Source: Pseudomonadota bacterium (GTDB taxonomy: Bacteria; Pseudomonadota; Alphaproteobacteria; UBA1280; RI-95). From it: a stretch of 64,000 bases of DNA. The notes under the pieces are model-generated. The model saw only the letters and a list, made by a program, of their open reading frames with translations, was not told the origin of the DNA and did not search any database. A program made the translations under genes and the position numbers. The stretch lies in NCBI GenBank assembly GCA_016125375.1, contig WGLU01000004.1, positions 10,528 to 74,527 on the forward strand. The letters run 5' to 3'. This document shows positions 46,914-57,294 of this stretch, piece after piece (positions within the stretch are counted from its first letter, which is position 1; each line of letters opens with the position of its first letter).

Positions 46914-49043
46914 TTACGCTTTTTCGCGTATCCCGTAACCGGGGGAGTAGGCAATCGGCTCGGGTGTCGGGTCTGTCGGCGTAATACCGTCATTTTCCAG
47001 AACAAAATCCGTCACAGTCAGGTCTTTGCCTGACAGTTCCACCATCCGGTAGATGGGCTGGCCGTAGCCCTGATGGGTTCCGACAAAGCCTCTGGTGCCA
47101 AAATACATGCATCCTGCCAGTGCGCGGTCCGGCAGACGGAAGGTGCCGTACTCAAACGGGCACGGCTCGGCGGTACCTGCCTTGGGTGCGTGGTGTACAC
47201 GCACGGAACGGTAGCGGTTGCGCACTTCCGGCAGGGCTGTGTAGATGAACGTGCCCGGATCCTGGAAAACAGGCCCTGTTTTTGTCATCAACTCAAGCGC
47301 CAGATGGTCATTGTGCGCATGGCCGCCATTGCCGGCCTGACCGTTGGGGCCTGCCCTCAGGCCAATAAAGGTTTCTTTTCCGCGCCAGATGTAGGCACCG
47401 AAATCGGGATAGGCATAAAGGTTCAGATTGCCGACCTTCTCATCAATCTTGAAAGACTGGCTGAGTTTCTGGCGGTCTGGCAGCTCTGCCACGCGGGCTT
47501 TCCACAAATCGAACTCAAAATCCTGACCGATGGTACAGACATGGGCGGCAACAGCAGCGCCGGGACGGCGGTAGGAAAGCAGGCAAATGCCGGCGCTCAA
47601 CGCTTCAACCAGCCAACCGTCCGTTTTAAAGCTGCCGGCTGCACTGCGCAGGTCCTCGCGTCCGAACAGGGAACCAATAGCCCCCCATAAATGATGGTGG
47701 TCCAGACCGTCCTCGATAAGCGTGTCGGCATGGACGGCGGGCTGCACATTGAAAAAGCGCCCGCTGTCGTTGTCGCCTACCTGCCAGAGCACGCCATCCG
47801 GACGTGTCATATGCAGGCTGAATTCCGCTGTTTTTTCCAGCCTTTCCAGCAGCTCGTTATCCAGGTCGGCGCTTTGCGGTGCAGGTGCCAGCGGGGGGTT
47901 GCCCTTGGCTTTTGTCCAGTCGTAGCTCTGCAATGCCTGTTTGCGTTCGGACGAAAGCCCGGTCAGCAGCGCGGTGGCATAGGCGGCCATTTCCGATGAA
48001 AGGCGGTGATAGGCGCTGGAGGCCTCGAAGTTCGCACCGTCAGGGAGGAACTGCAACGGCAGCTCACCGACAAACTCCTGTACGGCCAGCGCAAACCAGG
48101 CATCCGTTTGCGGGGTGCGTTCCAGGGCGCATAGGGTGAACAACTGGCCGCAAACATCTGCCAGATAGTGGTTGCCGCGCAGGGTGTGGTGCCATTCGTA
48201 ATGTGTTGCCGTATGGCGGGCATGTTCGTACAAGACGGTTCCCAGCAGGGTGCGGAACGGCGCGTCCCATTCATGGCCGCTCTTTTCGATGAGGGTGGCG
48301 GCAAGGGCAATATTCGCGGCACGGATGGCTACGTCCATCGTGCATACCCAGTTCACACCGAAACGGGGCGGGTTAGTGGCCGCAAAGTCGATAATCTGGT
48401 TACGGATGGCGTGGACAAGTCCAACGTCCGGACTGTCCAGATGGCTGAGTGCCATCAAGGGCAGATGCTGCATGCGGGCAAGCTCCCACGGCACTTTCAC
48501 ATCCGCGCCGGGTTTGTTGCCAAAGGTTATGGCGCTGCTGGGCAGCTTGCTGCTCCAGCGGTAGCCGCTGATAAAGTCCAGCTGCCAGTCGATAGGGGTG
48601 TAGCCGCCTTTAATAAGGCGCCAGCGGCGGCGGCTTTCCGCCAGCATGCTGGCCGGAACATATGCTGCCAGCCAGTCGCCGGTCGCATCGGCAACCACGT
48701 CGGCACCCATTGTGTAGGTATTGCCGTCACGGCCACGGCAGCGCATGCCATAACGTTGCTCAATCCAGCCGGAACCCAGCAGGTTGAAGCTATGGCCGGC
48801 AAACTTGCGGCACAGGCGGTGCAGGGCCTCATCCATCCGCGGTGGTTTGCTCGCTGTCAGCAGGGTTTGCAGGCCTGTAAAGGCGGGTGTGTGTTCCAGC
48901 GCGAATGTCCCGCGCAGCAGGTCATGTGCCTGCTTGTGGCGGTTGGCAACAAGGTGGTTTGCTTTACGCACGGCAACGCGGGCAATCTCCTGTGCCGGGA
49001 GCTCCTTCAGACGATGCAGGTAATAGGCAAGTTTCGCGGGCAT
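46914..49043 (-). CDS. heparinase II/III-like (polysaccharide lyase/epimerase-like) protein
   Basis: 709 aa; GNGGHAHNDHLALEL block typical of the heparinase II/III C-terminal domain as I recall it. Confidence 0.75.
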   Translation of the reverse strand: MPAKLAYYLHRLKELPAQEIARVAVRKANHLVANRHKQAHDLLRGTFALEHTPAFTGLQTLLTASKPPRMDEALHRLCRKFAGHSFNLLGSGWIEQRYGMRCRGRDGNTYTMGADVVADATGDWLAAYVPASMLAESRRRWRLIKGGYTPIDWQLDFISGYRWSSKLPSSAITFGNKPGADVKVPWELARMQHLPLMALSHLDSPDVGLVHAIRNQIIDFAATNPPRFGVNWVCTMDVAIRAANIALAATLIEKSGHEWDAPFRTLLGTVLYEHARHTATHYEWHHTLRGNHYLADVCGQLFTLCALERTPQTDAWFALAVQEFVGELPLQFLPDGANFEASSAYHRLSSEMAAYATALLTGLSSERKQALQSYDWTKAKGNPPLAPAPQSADLDNELLERLEKTAEFSLHMTRPDGVLWQVGDNDSGRFFNVQPAVHADTLIEDGLDHHHLWGAIGSLFGREDLRSAAGSFKTDGWLVEALSAGICLLSYRRPGAAVAAHVCTIGQDFEFDLWKARVAELPDRQKLSQSFKIDEKVGNLNLYAYPDFGAYIWRGKETFIGLRAGPNGQAGNGGHAHNDHLALELMTKTGPVFQDPGTFIYTALPEVRNRYRSVRVHHAPKAGTAEPCPFEYGTFRLPDRALAGCMYFGTRGFVGTHQGYGQPIYRMVELSGKDLTVTDFVLENDGITPTDPTPEPIAYSPGYGIREKA

Positions 49044-49202
49044 TTTTCACGTTGTCTGGTTGATTGTACACAGCATAAAGGGCCGCAGTATAGCGCATAT
49101 AAAGACGTTTTGGGGTGCTTTTTTTAGCTATGCCTTGCAATCGGTTTATGCGTGTATGATACTGGTCAGGTTGAAAAAATATACAGAAATCAGCAAAGGT
49201 AC

Positions 49203-51080
49203 ATGGTCGAAAACCTCCAGATTCTTGTTCTTGGATTCCTGACCGTCTTTTTGTACATGGCGGCCGGGCGACTTGTGTTTACCCATATCGGCCAGCATAA
49301 ATGGGCCACTCCCTTCAATACACTGCTCACCGGGGCCGGTATCTGGTACCTGTGGTTCCTGATGCTGCATGGTTTGCTGGGCGCAAGCATGAAGCTGGTC
49401 TGGTGGCTGTTTGCCGTGTCTGTTGTCGGGTTGTTGCTGGTCATGACCAAAGCCCACCAGATGCACGACCGCACAATGAAGTTCTTCTGGCCCGTGATTA
49501 TGGTTGTACTGGTGGTTACGCTGCCGGCTTTCTGGTATCTGACCGGTGACAGCCCCATGCTCTGGGGTGAGCTGACCCACTATGTTAAAAATGCCGACCA
49601 TATTTTCCGGCTTGATGGCCTGCCCACAGCAGCCGATGCCGCCCAGTTTGCTATCTACCTGCCGCCGGTCCCCATGGGGCTGGCGATTGTCGTTTTGCCG
49701 GTCAGCATCATCATGGGCAAGTTTGTCCCTGCCGCTTTTGCCATGTTCGGTCTTGCGCTGGTTGCTGCGGCATCCGGCCACATGGTTCGGATTTCGGGCG
49801 TACAGGTTGGCTGGCACAACGTGGTGCTGAGCACCGTCTTTGCGTTGTTCGCGCTGACGGTCATGAATCCCTTCTTCAAGGAAATGATTATCTTCTCCGG
49901 CTATCCGGATATGCTGATTGCCGCGCTGCTGTTTGCGGTTTGCGCCCCGCTGATGCGCAGCGAGCATCTGCCCCGCGGGCTGGAGGTTGTGCCCACCGCC
50001 TTCGGGCTGGCCCTGCTGGTCGGCACGAGCGAAATTGGTCAGGCCCTGACCATTTTCCTGCTTGGGTACTGGTTGCTCCGCAGCATGCTGGAAAGTCCTG
50101 TTCCTGCGATTAAAGACATACTGGGCTGGTCCATATTGGCCATGCTGCCGATGGTGGCGTGGTTCATCTGGCGTAACTATTTGCTCGCGAATGGTGTGCC
50201 GCTTACCGATCCCCTTAAGTTCCAGACGGCGAACTTTGTCGATGTGATTCTGGCCTATGGCGAAACGCTGAGCGCCAACCCTGCTGCCGCATTTCTGATT
50301 GTTATTGTACTGGCAATGGGCTTGCGCAGGCTGCTGTCGGTCAGTTCTTTCGGGGGTATCAAGCGCTTCCTTATCAGCGAAAGCCCGCTCACCTTCCCAA
50401 TGGTGATGTTGATTGTCTACGTGTTTGGTTTTGGCGTGATGGCGCTCAGCCGTTACGGCTCCGGTGACCAGCAGCTGTATGAACAGCCATGGATGTTCCT
50501 TTTCCACATGCAGTATCTGGTCATTCTGCCGATTTGGCTGTGGCTGAATCACTGGTATCTGGGCACCACAGAGCTGCGTGCGTGGGTTGCTAAAACACCT
50601 GGCACACTGGCGCTGGTTATGTGTCTGGTCTTTATGGGGCTGGTGATTGCCAGCAAAAACCGCATCGTTGTGCCGGTTTCCCTCCAGCTTGACCATACAT
50701 TCCGCGTGGCCAACACCATGATGCTCAACAAGCAGATTGGCTGGGGGAACAAGGTTGCCGTGCTGGACAGTTTCGAGTCCAACGGCTACTACGCCGCCGC
50801 TTTGGGTTACGGCCTGCGCCATTACAGTCCGGTGAACTCGGTCATCAAGGAATTTGCGCGCTCAGGCGGTGATTTTATTACATTCCACCGCGCCCTGCTC
50901 AAGGGTGGGTATGAATATCTGTGGGTGCATACCTCTACACCGGATATCATCGCCATGATGGGGGATGACCTTCAGCCGGAGAACTCTTACCTGTTTGAAA
51001 TCACCAACACAGGTCTGACGTTCCGCAACGCCTACCCGCACCCGGGGTATGTTAGCACCCCGTGGCGCCTGCGCTATTAG
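49203..51080 (+). CDS. large polytopic membrane protein, possibly a GT-C-type glycosyltransferase or polymerase
   Basis: At least 12 hydrophobic segments followed by a ~130-aa soluble C-terminus. Start uncertain (GTG 49152 or ATG 49203). Confidence 0.65.
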   Translation: MVENLQILVLGFLTVFLYMAAGRLVFTHIGQHKWATPFNTLLTGAGIWYLWFLMLHGLLGASMKLVWWLFAVSVVGLLLVMTKAHQMHDRTMKFFWPVIMVVLVVTLPAFWYLTGDSPMLWGELTHYVKNADHIFRLDGLPTAADAAQFAIYLPPVPMGLAIVVLPVSIIMGKFVPAAFAMFGLALVAAASGHMVRISGVQVGWHNVVLSTVFALFALTVMNPFFKEMIIFSGYPDMLIAALLFAVCAPLMRSEHLPRGLEVVPTAFGLALLVGTSEIGQALTIFLLGYWLLRSMLESPVPAIKDILGWSILAMLPMVAWFIWRNYLLANGVPLTDPLKFQTANFVDVILAYGETLSANPAAAFLIVIVLAMGLRRLLSVSSFGGIKRFLISESPLTFPMVMLIVYVFGFGVMALSRYGSGDQQLYEQPWMFLFHMQYLVILPIWLWLNHWYLGTTELRAWVAKTPGTLALVMCLVFMGLVIASKNRIVVPVSLQLDHTFRVANTMMLNKQIGWGNKVAVLDSFESNGYYAAALGYGLRHYSPVNSVIKEFARSGGDFITFHRALLKGGYEYLWVHTSTPDIIAMMGDDLQPENSYLFEITNTGLTFRNAYPHPGYVSTPWRLRY

Positions 51081-51739
51081 GGCGCAACGTCCATAATTTC
51101 TACATTGTCGAACTTGGGCTGGTCAGGGTTATGAATCGCCTGACGGCGGAGTGTATCTTCCAAAACCATGCGGGCGCTGTCGCTCATCCAGCTGCCGTAG
51201 CCGGGCAGCATGCCGACAAGCTGGCCATCTCGGTCTATGACAAAGCTGGCCGGCAGCGTGCGTACGTTGAATGACGCGGGTGCATCTGCCGTCGGGTCAG
51301 AAAAAACGGGCAGATTGCGGATGTTGTGTTCTTTATAAAAGCTCTCAATCGTGTTCAGGCCGCCTTCGTCTACTGACACAGCTGCCACAAGCAGTCCGGC
51401 GCTGCCATAACGCTGCTGCAGGGCGTCCAGCTCAGGCATTTCCATCACGCAGGGGCCGCACCATGTGGCCCAGAAGTTGACCACAACCACATATCCCTTC
51501 AGGTCCTTCAGGGCGACGGCCTTACCGGCACGGTCCTGCCATGTGACTTCCGGCGCTGGCAAAGGCTGGGGGTAGGGGATGTATTTGAAGTTATCCGGGC
51601 GGCTGTAAGCCTGCTCCGGCTGGCCAAGGTTCATGGTGTCCTGTGGCTGCCAGTTAAGTGTATCGGCGTTCGGAATCATCTGCGCCTGTGCGCTGGGAGC
51701 CATCCATAAAAGGGAAAGGAGCAAAAAACCGGTGCGCAT
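51077..51739 (-). CDS. TlpA-family periplasmic thiol:disulfide oxidoreductase
   Basis: Signal peptide and WATWCGPC thioredoxin motif. Confidence 0.88.
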   Translation of the reverse strand: MRTGFLLLSLLWMAPSAQAQMIPNADTLNWQPQDTMNLGQPEQAYSRPDNFKYIPYPQPLPAPEVTWQDRAGKAVALKDLKGYVVVVNFWATWCGPCVMEMPELDALQQRYGSAGLLVAAVSVDEGGLNTIESFYKEHNIRNLPVFSDPTADAPASFNVRTLPASFVIDRDGQLVGMLPGYGSWMSDSARMVLEDTLRRQAIHNPDQPKFDNVEIMDVAP

Positions 51740-51784
51740 GGGGGCGGCGTTTCTTTCTTATTATCTTTGGTGTACCATCGTCTT

Positions 51785-51916
51785 ATGAAGCGCTTTAAGA
51801 ATAAAATAACTGTCGTCCTTTGTCTGCTGGCTATGTCGGTTTTTCTGTCGGCATGTGGCCAGCGTCTGAACATGGAGCCGCCGCCGGACCGTGTGCAAGA
51901 CGCCTATGAGTACTAA
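51785..51916 (+). CDS. 43-aa lipoprotein MKRFKNKITVVLCLLAMSVFLSACGQ...
   Basis: Not in the track (<60 aa); classic lipobox FLSAC; ends 6 nt before the next gene. Confidence 0.5.
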   Translation: MKRFKNKITVVLCLLAMSVFLSACGQRLNMEPPPDRVQDAYEY

Positions 51917-51922
51917 ACCGAC

Positions 51923-54196
51923 ATGCTGCCCCGGATACTGACAGAATCCTCTCGCTTTCTAATGTTTGTCGAGCGCCTTTGGCAGGCGTTTCTCCCTCTT
52001 TTTCTTTTGCTCGCCGGGGTGCTGGTTACCGCAGGCCTTGGGCTATGGTCACCGCTCCCGCTGCTCGTGCATGTGCCGTTACTGGGGCTGTGTGTTATTG
52101 GCGCGGGGGTCTTGTTCGTACGTGGGTTGCGCCGCTGTCCGGTCTACCCGACAGCGCTTGATGCGCGCCGTGGACTGGAAAAGCAAAAGAACCTGCTGCA
52201 CAGGCCGCTCTCCTTCCTGTCAGATCGGCCTTCTGTGCCGCTCACGCCTGCCCAGCATGTCTTGTGGCAAAAAGCACGTAAACAGGCCATGCGCACCCGC
52301 GTGCTGTTGCCCCGTTGGCCGGAAAGTGCCTTCCATAAAACCGATATGTGGGGCGTGCGCTACCCGTTGGCGCTGGGGCTGTTGCTCCTGTGCGCCACCA
52401 ACGGTGCGCCAACCCTGATCGGCGAGGCCCTGTTCCCCATCGCCAAAACCAGTGGGCTCAGCCGTGTGCTGGGGGTAGAGGTCTGGCTGGAACCGCCAGC
52501 CTATACCGGACGGCCCGGTTTTGCGCTGGAACAGGGAACTACGGCACAAGTGCTGACAGGTACCACGCTGCGCGCGCAGGTGCACGTGCGCAAACCGTTA
52601 TTGGTCACACCAAAGCTGACGACGGAGAGTACATTCCCTCTGCCTGCTGTGAGTGGCGGCTATACGGCCAGTACCACGCTCACCGTCAGCGGCCCGGTTA
52701 CCCTGTCTTACGGGTGGACAACACTGTTCGGCGCCCATGTGGATGTAACGCCGGACAGCCCGCCGATGATTCAGTTCTCCAAAGACCTTGCCCGCACGTC
52801 GGAGGGCCTGCTGGAAGTCAACTTTAGTGCAACGGATGACTACGGTCTTAAGGCCGCGTGGCTGGTTGCCGAACACCCTGCCGTGGGGCAAATATCTCAA
52901 TCTTTGGTTCTGCCGACCCGTAATAACACACAGGTCGACGATCATGCCTATGTGGACTTTACCGCCGAAATGATTGCTGGGCAGGAAGCCCGGGTATACC
53001 TCAAGGTCATGGATGTGGCCGGCCAGATGGGCGAGTCCGATGCATTCAATGTGCTGCTGCCGGAACGGGAGTTCCATCATCCTGTGGCCAAAAAGCTGGT
53101 CCAGCTACGCAAAGACCTGGTTGCCGACCCGCTCAGTGGCGCTTCTGCCATGACGGCGCTGGATGCGATTATGGCCGCGCCGGACACCTTTAATAACGAC
53201 ACGCGTGCCTACTTGTCCATGACCCTTGCGCGGCAGATCCTGTTTTACCGTGGAGAGGATAAGGACCACTTTATTCCGCGCGCCACCGGCCTGATGTGGG
53301 ACGCGGCCATCCGTATCGAGAAAGGGCCGGTCAGCCAGATGCTCGAAGAGGTGATGCAGCGCCAGCAGGAATTGCAAAAAGCGCTGGCGGAGGGAGCCTC
53401 GCCGGAAAAACTCAAAGCCCTGTTCGCCCAGTTCCAGCAAGCGATGGCAGATTTGTTCCAGAGCATGACATTCAACGGGCCGGATAAAATGCAGAACCTT
53501 CAGGATATTCCGGGCCTGAGGGATGAGGATGTGGCCCGCCTGATGCAAAAAATCTCCGACCTGATGGCCAGCGGTGCCTATGACGAGGCCCGCAAGGCCC
53601 TGAAACAGCTTGAGGATCTGATGGCCAACATCCAGTTCGGTAACGACCCGCAGACCATGCAGGTTGTGCAGATGTTGCAGAAAATGGGCGACCTGTCCCG
53701 TCAGCAGAAAGAGCTTATCGAGCAGAGTTTTAAAAACCCCGTGCCGGGTCGGCTGACGCTTGAGCAACAGGTGCTCCAGAAACAGTTGCTTCAGCAGACG
53801 CAAAAGCTCTCGCAGGAGCTTCAACAGATGGGTCTGCCCGCCGGGCAGTTGAACCGGGCGATGGAGGCTATGCGGCAGGTGATGCAGAACGCCGGTAAGC
53901 CGGGCAGCGAATCCTACGTCAACCACTTGATGAACCAGGCATTCCAGTCGCTGGAGCAAGCGAAAGAGAATATGGTCCAGCAGCTCATGCAACAGGCGGG
54001 CTACGGCAATATGATGGGCATGAAGCGCGACCCCTCCGGACAGCTCCATCACGACGGGGAAAAAGTCACTGTGCCGGAGGAGTCACCGGAAACCCTGTCG
54101 CGTAAAATCCGTGATGAGCTCTATAACCGTGCGGACGACCTTGGCCGCCCCGATAAGGAGCAGCAATACCTCAAACGGTTGCTGGACAGGTTCTAG
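51923..54196 (+). CDS. TIGR02302/DUF4175-type membrane protein with Gln-rich low-complexity region
   Basis: N-terminal TM segments; Q/L/M-rich coiled region; C-terminus RKIRDELYNRADDLGRPDKEQQYLKRLLDRF as recalled for this alphaproteobacterial family. Confidence 0.75.
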   Translation: MLPRILTESSRFLMFVERLWQAFLPLFLLLAGVLVTAGLGLWSPLPLLVHVPLLGLCVIGAGVLFVRGLRRCPVYPTALDARRGLEKQKNLLHRPLSFLSDRPSVPLTPAQHVLWQKARKQAMRTRVLLPRWPESAFHKTDMWGVRYPLALGLLLLCATNGAPTLIGEALFPIAKTSGLSRVLGVEVWLEPPAYTGRPGFALEQGTTAQVLTGTTLRAQVHVRKPLLVTPKLTTESTFPLPAVSGGYTASTTLTVSGPVTLSYGWTTLFGAHVDVTPDSPPMIQFSKDLARTSEGLLEVNFSATDDYGLKAAWLVAEHPAVGQISQSLVLPTRNNTQVDDHAYVDFTAEMIAGQEARVYLKVMDVAGQMGESDAFNVLLPEREFHHPVAKKLVQLRKDLVADPLSGASAMTALDAIMAAPDTFNNDTRAYLSMTLARQILFYRGEDKDHFIPRATGLMWDAAIRIEKGPVSQMLEEVMQRQQELQKALAEGASPEKLKALFAQFQQAMADLFQSMTFNGPDKMQNLQDIPGLRDEDVARLMQKISDLMASGAYDEARKALKQLEDLMANIQFGNDPQTMQVVQMLQKMGDLSRQQKELIEQSFKNPVPGRLTLEQQVLQKQLLQQTQKLSQELQQMGLPAGQLNRAMEAMRQVMQNAGKPGSESYVNHLMNQAFQSLEQAKENMVQQLMQQAGYGNMMGMKRDPSGQLHHDGEKVTVPEESPETLSRKIRDELYNRADDLGRPDKEQQYLKRLLDRF

Positions 54197-54201
54197 GGCG
54201 T

Positions 54202-54957
54202 TTATTTGCTGGCGTGATGGTCGAAGACAGCCTTGATAGAGGCCACCTTGTCGAAGGGAATATTGTAAAAATGCCCCATCCACGTGGTGCGCTCGCCCGG
54301 TTCAAGGACGGTTTTTTCCACGTGTACAGGCCACGAGTCGATAACACCGCCGGTTTCATCCAGTAACGTCACGCGGATAGGCGGCAGTTCTTTTTCCAGT
54401 TTATTATCATTACGCACTTCGCCGCGCAGAATCAGAATCGGATTGTCAGGGTCCTGCGGATTTTCCATCACTTCACGGCTCAGCTTGTCGGTCGGGATGA
54501 CAAGGCCCTGCGTCAGTTTGGCAAAGGCATCGTTGGCAGCGGCGTTTTTATCCCCAAGGCCGATGGCACCATACATGCCACGAGTCCAGGGCAGGCCGTC
54601 CATAATATCGGCGCGCAGAATAACCAGCGCGCTGCCAAGGCCAACCAGCATCAAGGCGCTGGCAAACAGGGACAGGTAAAAACTGCGCCGTGCCTGCCGT
54701 GCAGATGTGGCGACTGCGGGTACCGTAGAAGGGACGGATGCCTGGGTGTTGCCGGACGCCATACGGTCGCGGCGGGCTTCCATCGGATCGGGGCGCGGGG
54801 GCTGGGATGCTTTGGATTCTGCCATCTTCTGGGCGGCTGTCGGCGCGGGCTGGAACCACTCGTGGCTGCACCGCGTGCAGCGGACGAGGCGACCGTCACG
54901 GAGCGACGTCGCTGGAACCATATACCGGGTCTGACAGGCCGGACAGGTCAGAATCAT
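54202..54957 (-). CDS. MJ0042-type zinc-ribbon protein with DUF3426-like C-terminus
   Basis: MILTCPACQTRYMVP...RCTRCSHEW; one TM; divergent from ftsE as in many alphaproteobacteria. Confidence 0.8.
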   Translation of the reverse strand: MILTCPACQTRYMVPATSLRDGRLVRCTRCSHEWFQPAPTAAQKMAESKASQPPRPDPMEARRDRMASGNTQASVPSTVPAVATSARQARRSFYLSLFASALMLVGLGSALVILRADIMDGLPWTRGMYGAIGLGDKNAAANDAFAKLTQGLVIPTDKLSREVMENPQDPDNPILILRGEVRNDNKLEKELPPIRVTLLDETGGVIDSWPVHVEKTVLEPGERTTWMGHFYNIPFDKVASIKAVFDHHASK

Positions 54958-55108
54958 GCTGCTGTGATGCCCTCAACTGTTTGTATTCACTAGCATCCAA
55001 TATGCGAGGCAGAATGGCAAGTATTCCGTTGCGCGCCTTGCAAACCTCTTGGGCTTCGGACTAAAATGCGTCCATTGTGTATAGTCGTTTTTGAGGTGGA
55101 GGTAAAGG

Positions 55109-55780
55109 TTGATGATACGGTTTGATAACGTGTCCTACACCTACCAGACAGCAGACACGCCGGCCGTGTTTAATCTGAATTTTGAGCTGGAGGAGGGGTC
55201 CTTCCACTACCTGACGGGTGCGTCCGGTGCCGGTAAAACCACCATCTTCCGTATGCTGTACATGGACATTCTGCCCACAGCTGGCGAGCTGCATATCTTT
55301 GGGCGCAACGTTGCAGGTCTCGAACGGGACGATATTGCCCGCCTGCGCCGCCGCATGGGCATTCTGTTTCAGGACTTCCGTCTGCTGGACCATCTGACGG
55401 TCCGTGAGAACGTCTCCCTGCCCCTTTCCCTCCAGCGTTGTCTGACGCCGGAAGAGGAAAAGTGCGTGGCTGAGATTCTGGACTGGGTCGGGCTGGGTCA
55501 GAAAATGGACCAGCACCCGGCAATGCTTTCCGGTGGCGAGAAACAACGGGCCGCCATTGCCCGCGCTGTGGTCAACCGCCCCGCATTGCTGATTGCCGAC
55601 GAACCGACAGGTAACGTGGATCAGGCGATGGGGCGGCGCATCATGCACCTGTTCAACGAGCTGAACCGCCACGGCACCACGATCCTGATTGCCACGCACG
55701 ACCAGCAGATTATTAAAGATTTTCCTGCCCCTGCGCTGCACATCGCCGAGGGTCAGGTATCGGTAAGGAAGGTGGCCTGA
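55109..55780 (+). CDS. ftsE: cell-division ABC transporter ATPase FtsE
   Basis: Walker A GASGAGKTT, signature LSGGEKQR, Walker B LLIADEPTG; start TTG 55109 or ATG 55112. Confidence 0.93.
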   Translation: MMIRFDNVSYTYQTADTPAVFNLNFELEEGSFHYLTGASGAGKTTIFRMLYMDILPTAGELHIFGRNVAGLERDDIARLRRRMGILFQDFRLLDHLTVRENVSLPLSLQRCLTPEEEKCVAEILDWVGLGQKMDQHPAMLSGGEKQRAAIARAVVNRPALLIADEPTGNVDQAMGRRIMHLFNELNRHGTTILIATHDQQIIKDFPAPALHIAEGQVSVRKVA

Positions 55781-56637
55781 TGCGTTTTCTGGCAAGTCTG
55801 GACCCGTCGGCCCGCAAGGCATTATCGCTGCGGAAGGACAGTTTTTTCCGCCTTGTGGTGGTGATGATGGTGCTGCTGGGGTGGATATCCGGCATCGGGG
55901 CCGCCGGTATGGCAGGCCTGCAAAACCTGTATGCGGACTGGCAACTGGCGCAGAAGAGCCGCGTCAGCATTTACCTGATGCCTGACAGCAGTGCCGAGGA
56001 AGTGGCACACCTGCGCGATGATTTGAGTACCATGAAGGGTGTGCGTGACGTTATCGAGCTGGACCAGCATGCCGTCAAGGTGCTGATGAAACCCTATACC
56101 CGCGACGATGTGTTGCTGCCCCTGCCGCGTATTCTGGACATGGCAGTAACCAGCGAGCTGGACCGTGCCGCCCTGCAAAAGCGGGTGGTGGACAGCTTCC
56201 CGATGGCCGAGGTGGATGACGTTCGCGACATGCTCAAAGCCGTGGCAACCGTCGTCCGGTTTGTTCAGATGCTCACCGTTGCGCTGGCTCTCATTGTATT
56301 TATGGTGATGGCTGTGATTGTCAGTTTGACTGTTCATGCGGGTCTGCGCGGTAAAAAAGCGGCACTGGACGTGCTGCAATATGTGGGGGCCACGGATGCC
56401 TTCCTGACCGTGCTGGTTACCCGTCAGGTACTGGCGCAGGCCTTTATCGGGACAGCAGGGGCTGTCGTTTTGGGGTGTGGCTCGCTGGCCGTTGCCAGCA
56501 GTGTATGGCCCGCCCTGCAAACCTTCATGGGGACCAATGTCTGGCTGGCAACATGTGCCATGCCGGTTGTCCTGATGGCTGTGGCGGTGCTGACGGCCCG
56601 TGTAGCCTCTATTCATGTCATCCGCAAGGAGGTTTAG
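55780..56637 (+). CDS. ftsX: cell-division permease-like protein FtsX
   Basis: Start overlaps the ftsE stop; 4 TM segments with a periplasmic loop. Confidence 0.87.
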   Translation: MRFLASLDPSARKALSLRKDSFFRLVVVMMVLLGWISGIGAAGMAGLQNLYADWQLAQKSRVSIYLMPDSSAEEVAHLRDDLSTMKGVRDVIELDQHAVKVLMKPYTRDDVLLPLPRILDMAVTSELDRAALQKRVVDSFPMAEVDDVRDMLKAVATVVRFVQMLTVALALIVFMVMAVIVSLTVHAGLRGKKAALDVLQYVGATDAFLTVLVTRQVLAQAFIGTAGAVVLGCGSLAVASSVWPALQTFMGTNVWLATCAMPVVLMAVAVLTARVASIHVIRKEV

Positions 56638-56639
56638 GG

Positions 56640-57227
56640 GTGATTCTCCTGTCCGAACGGATGTTCCTGTTCTCTGTGCGTCTGGTGATGCTGCTGGCTT
56701 TGGTTTTTGCGGTGACTGTCGGTTTTTTTGCCGTGGACAGTCTGGGTGATACGCCCGTGCCCCGCACAATCGAGGTTCATCAGGGTCTGGTCGTCTTTAC
56801 CGGCGGCACAAACCGTATCGAAGAAGGTGCAAAAGCCTTGCTGGACGGCTATGAGGGGCCAGTGCTTGTTACGGGTGTGTACCCCGGCGTGACCGTGGAC
56901 CACCTTTTCTCACCCTATGGTGTTACCCCCGAACAGCGTGCCCGCATTACACTGGATTATGCCGCCCAGACCACAGCCGGTAACGTGCTGGAAACCGGCA
57001 AGTGGGCCGAAAAAAACAACATCACCACATTGAACGTTGTTACGTCCACCTACCATACTGCGCGTTGCCGGTTATTGTTTCGCAGGTACATGCCCCGGCT
57101 TGCCGTGACCATCCATCAGGTGCATCCTGACCGTGGAACGGTGCGCATCTGGCTAAAAGAATATGCCAAATACACGCTTGTTCTGCTGGGGATAGAGGCG
57201 TTCTTCCCGGCAACCTTGAATGCCTGA
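56640..57227 (+). CDS. DUF218/YdcF(ElyC)-family protein
   Basis: TM anchor, then VVFTGGTNRIEEG...VLVTG...TSTYHTARC; start uncertain (GTG 56640 or ATG 56661). Confidence 0.72.
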   Translation: MILLSERMFLFSVRLVMLLALVFAVTVGFFAVDSLGDTPVPRTIEVHQGLVVFTGGTNRIEEGAKALLDGYEGPVLVTGVYPGVTVDHLFSPYGVTPEQRARITLDYAAQTTAGNVLETGKWAEKNNITTLNVVTSTYHTARCRLLFRRYMPRLAVTIHQVHPDRGTVRIWLKEYAKYTLVLLGIEAFFPATLNA

Positions 57228-57294
57228 GTAAAGAACAATAACAAACACAAAGGGTGCGTTGACAGCCGCTGGCGTTCGCCGCACACTGGAAGAC

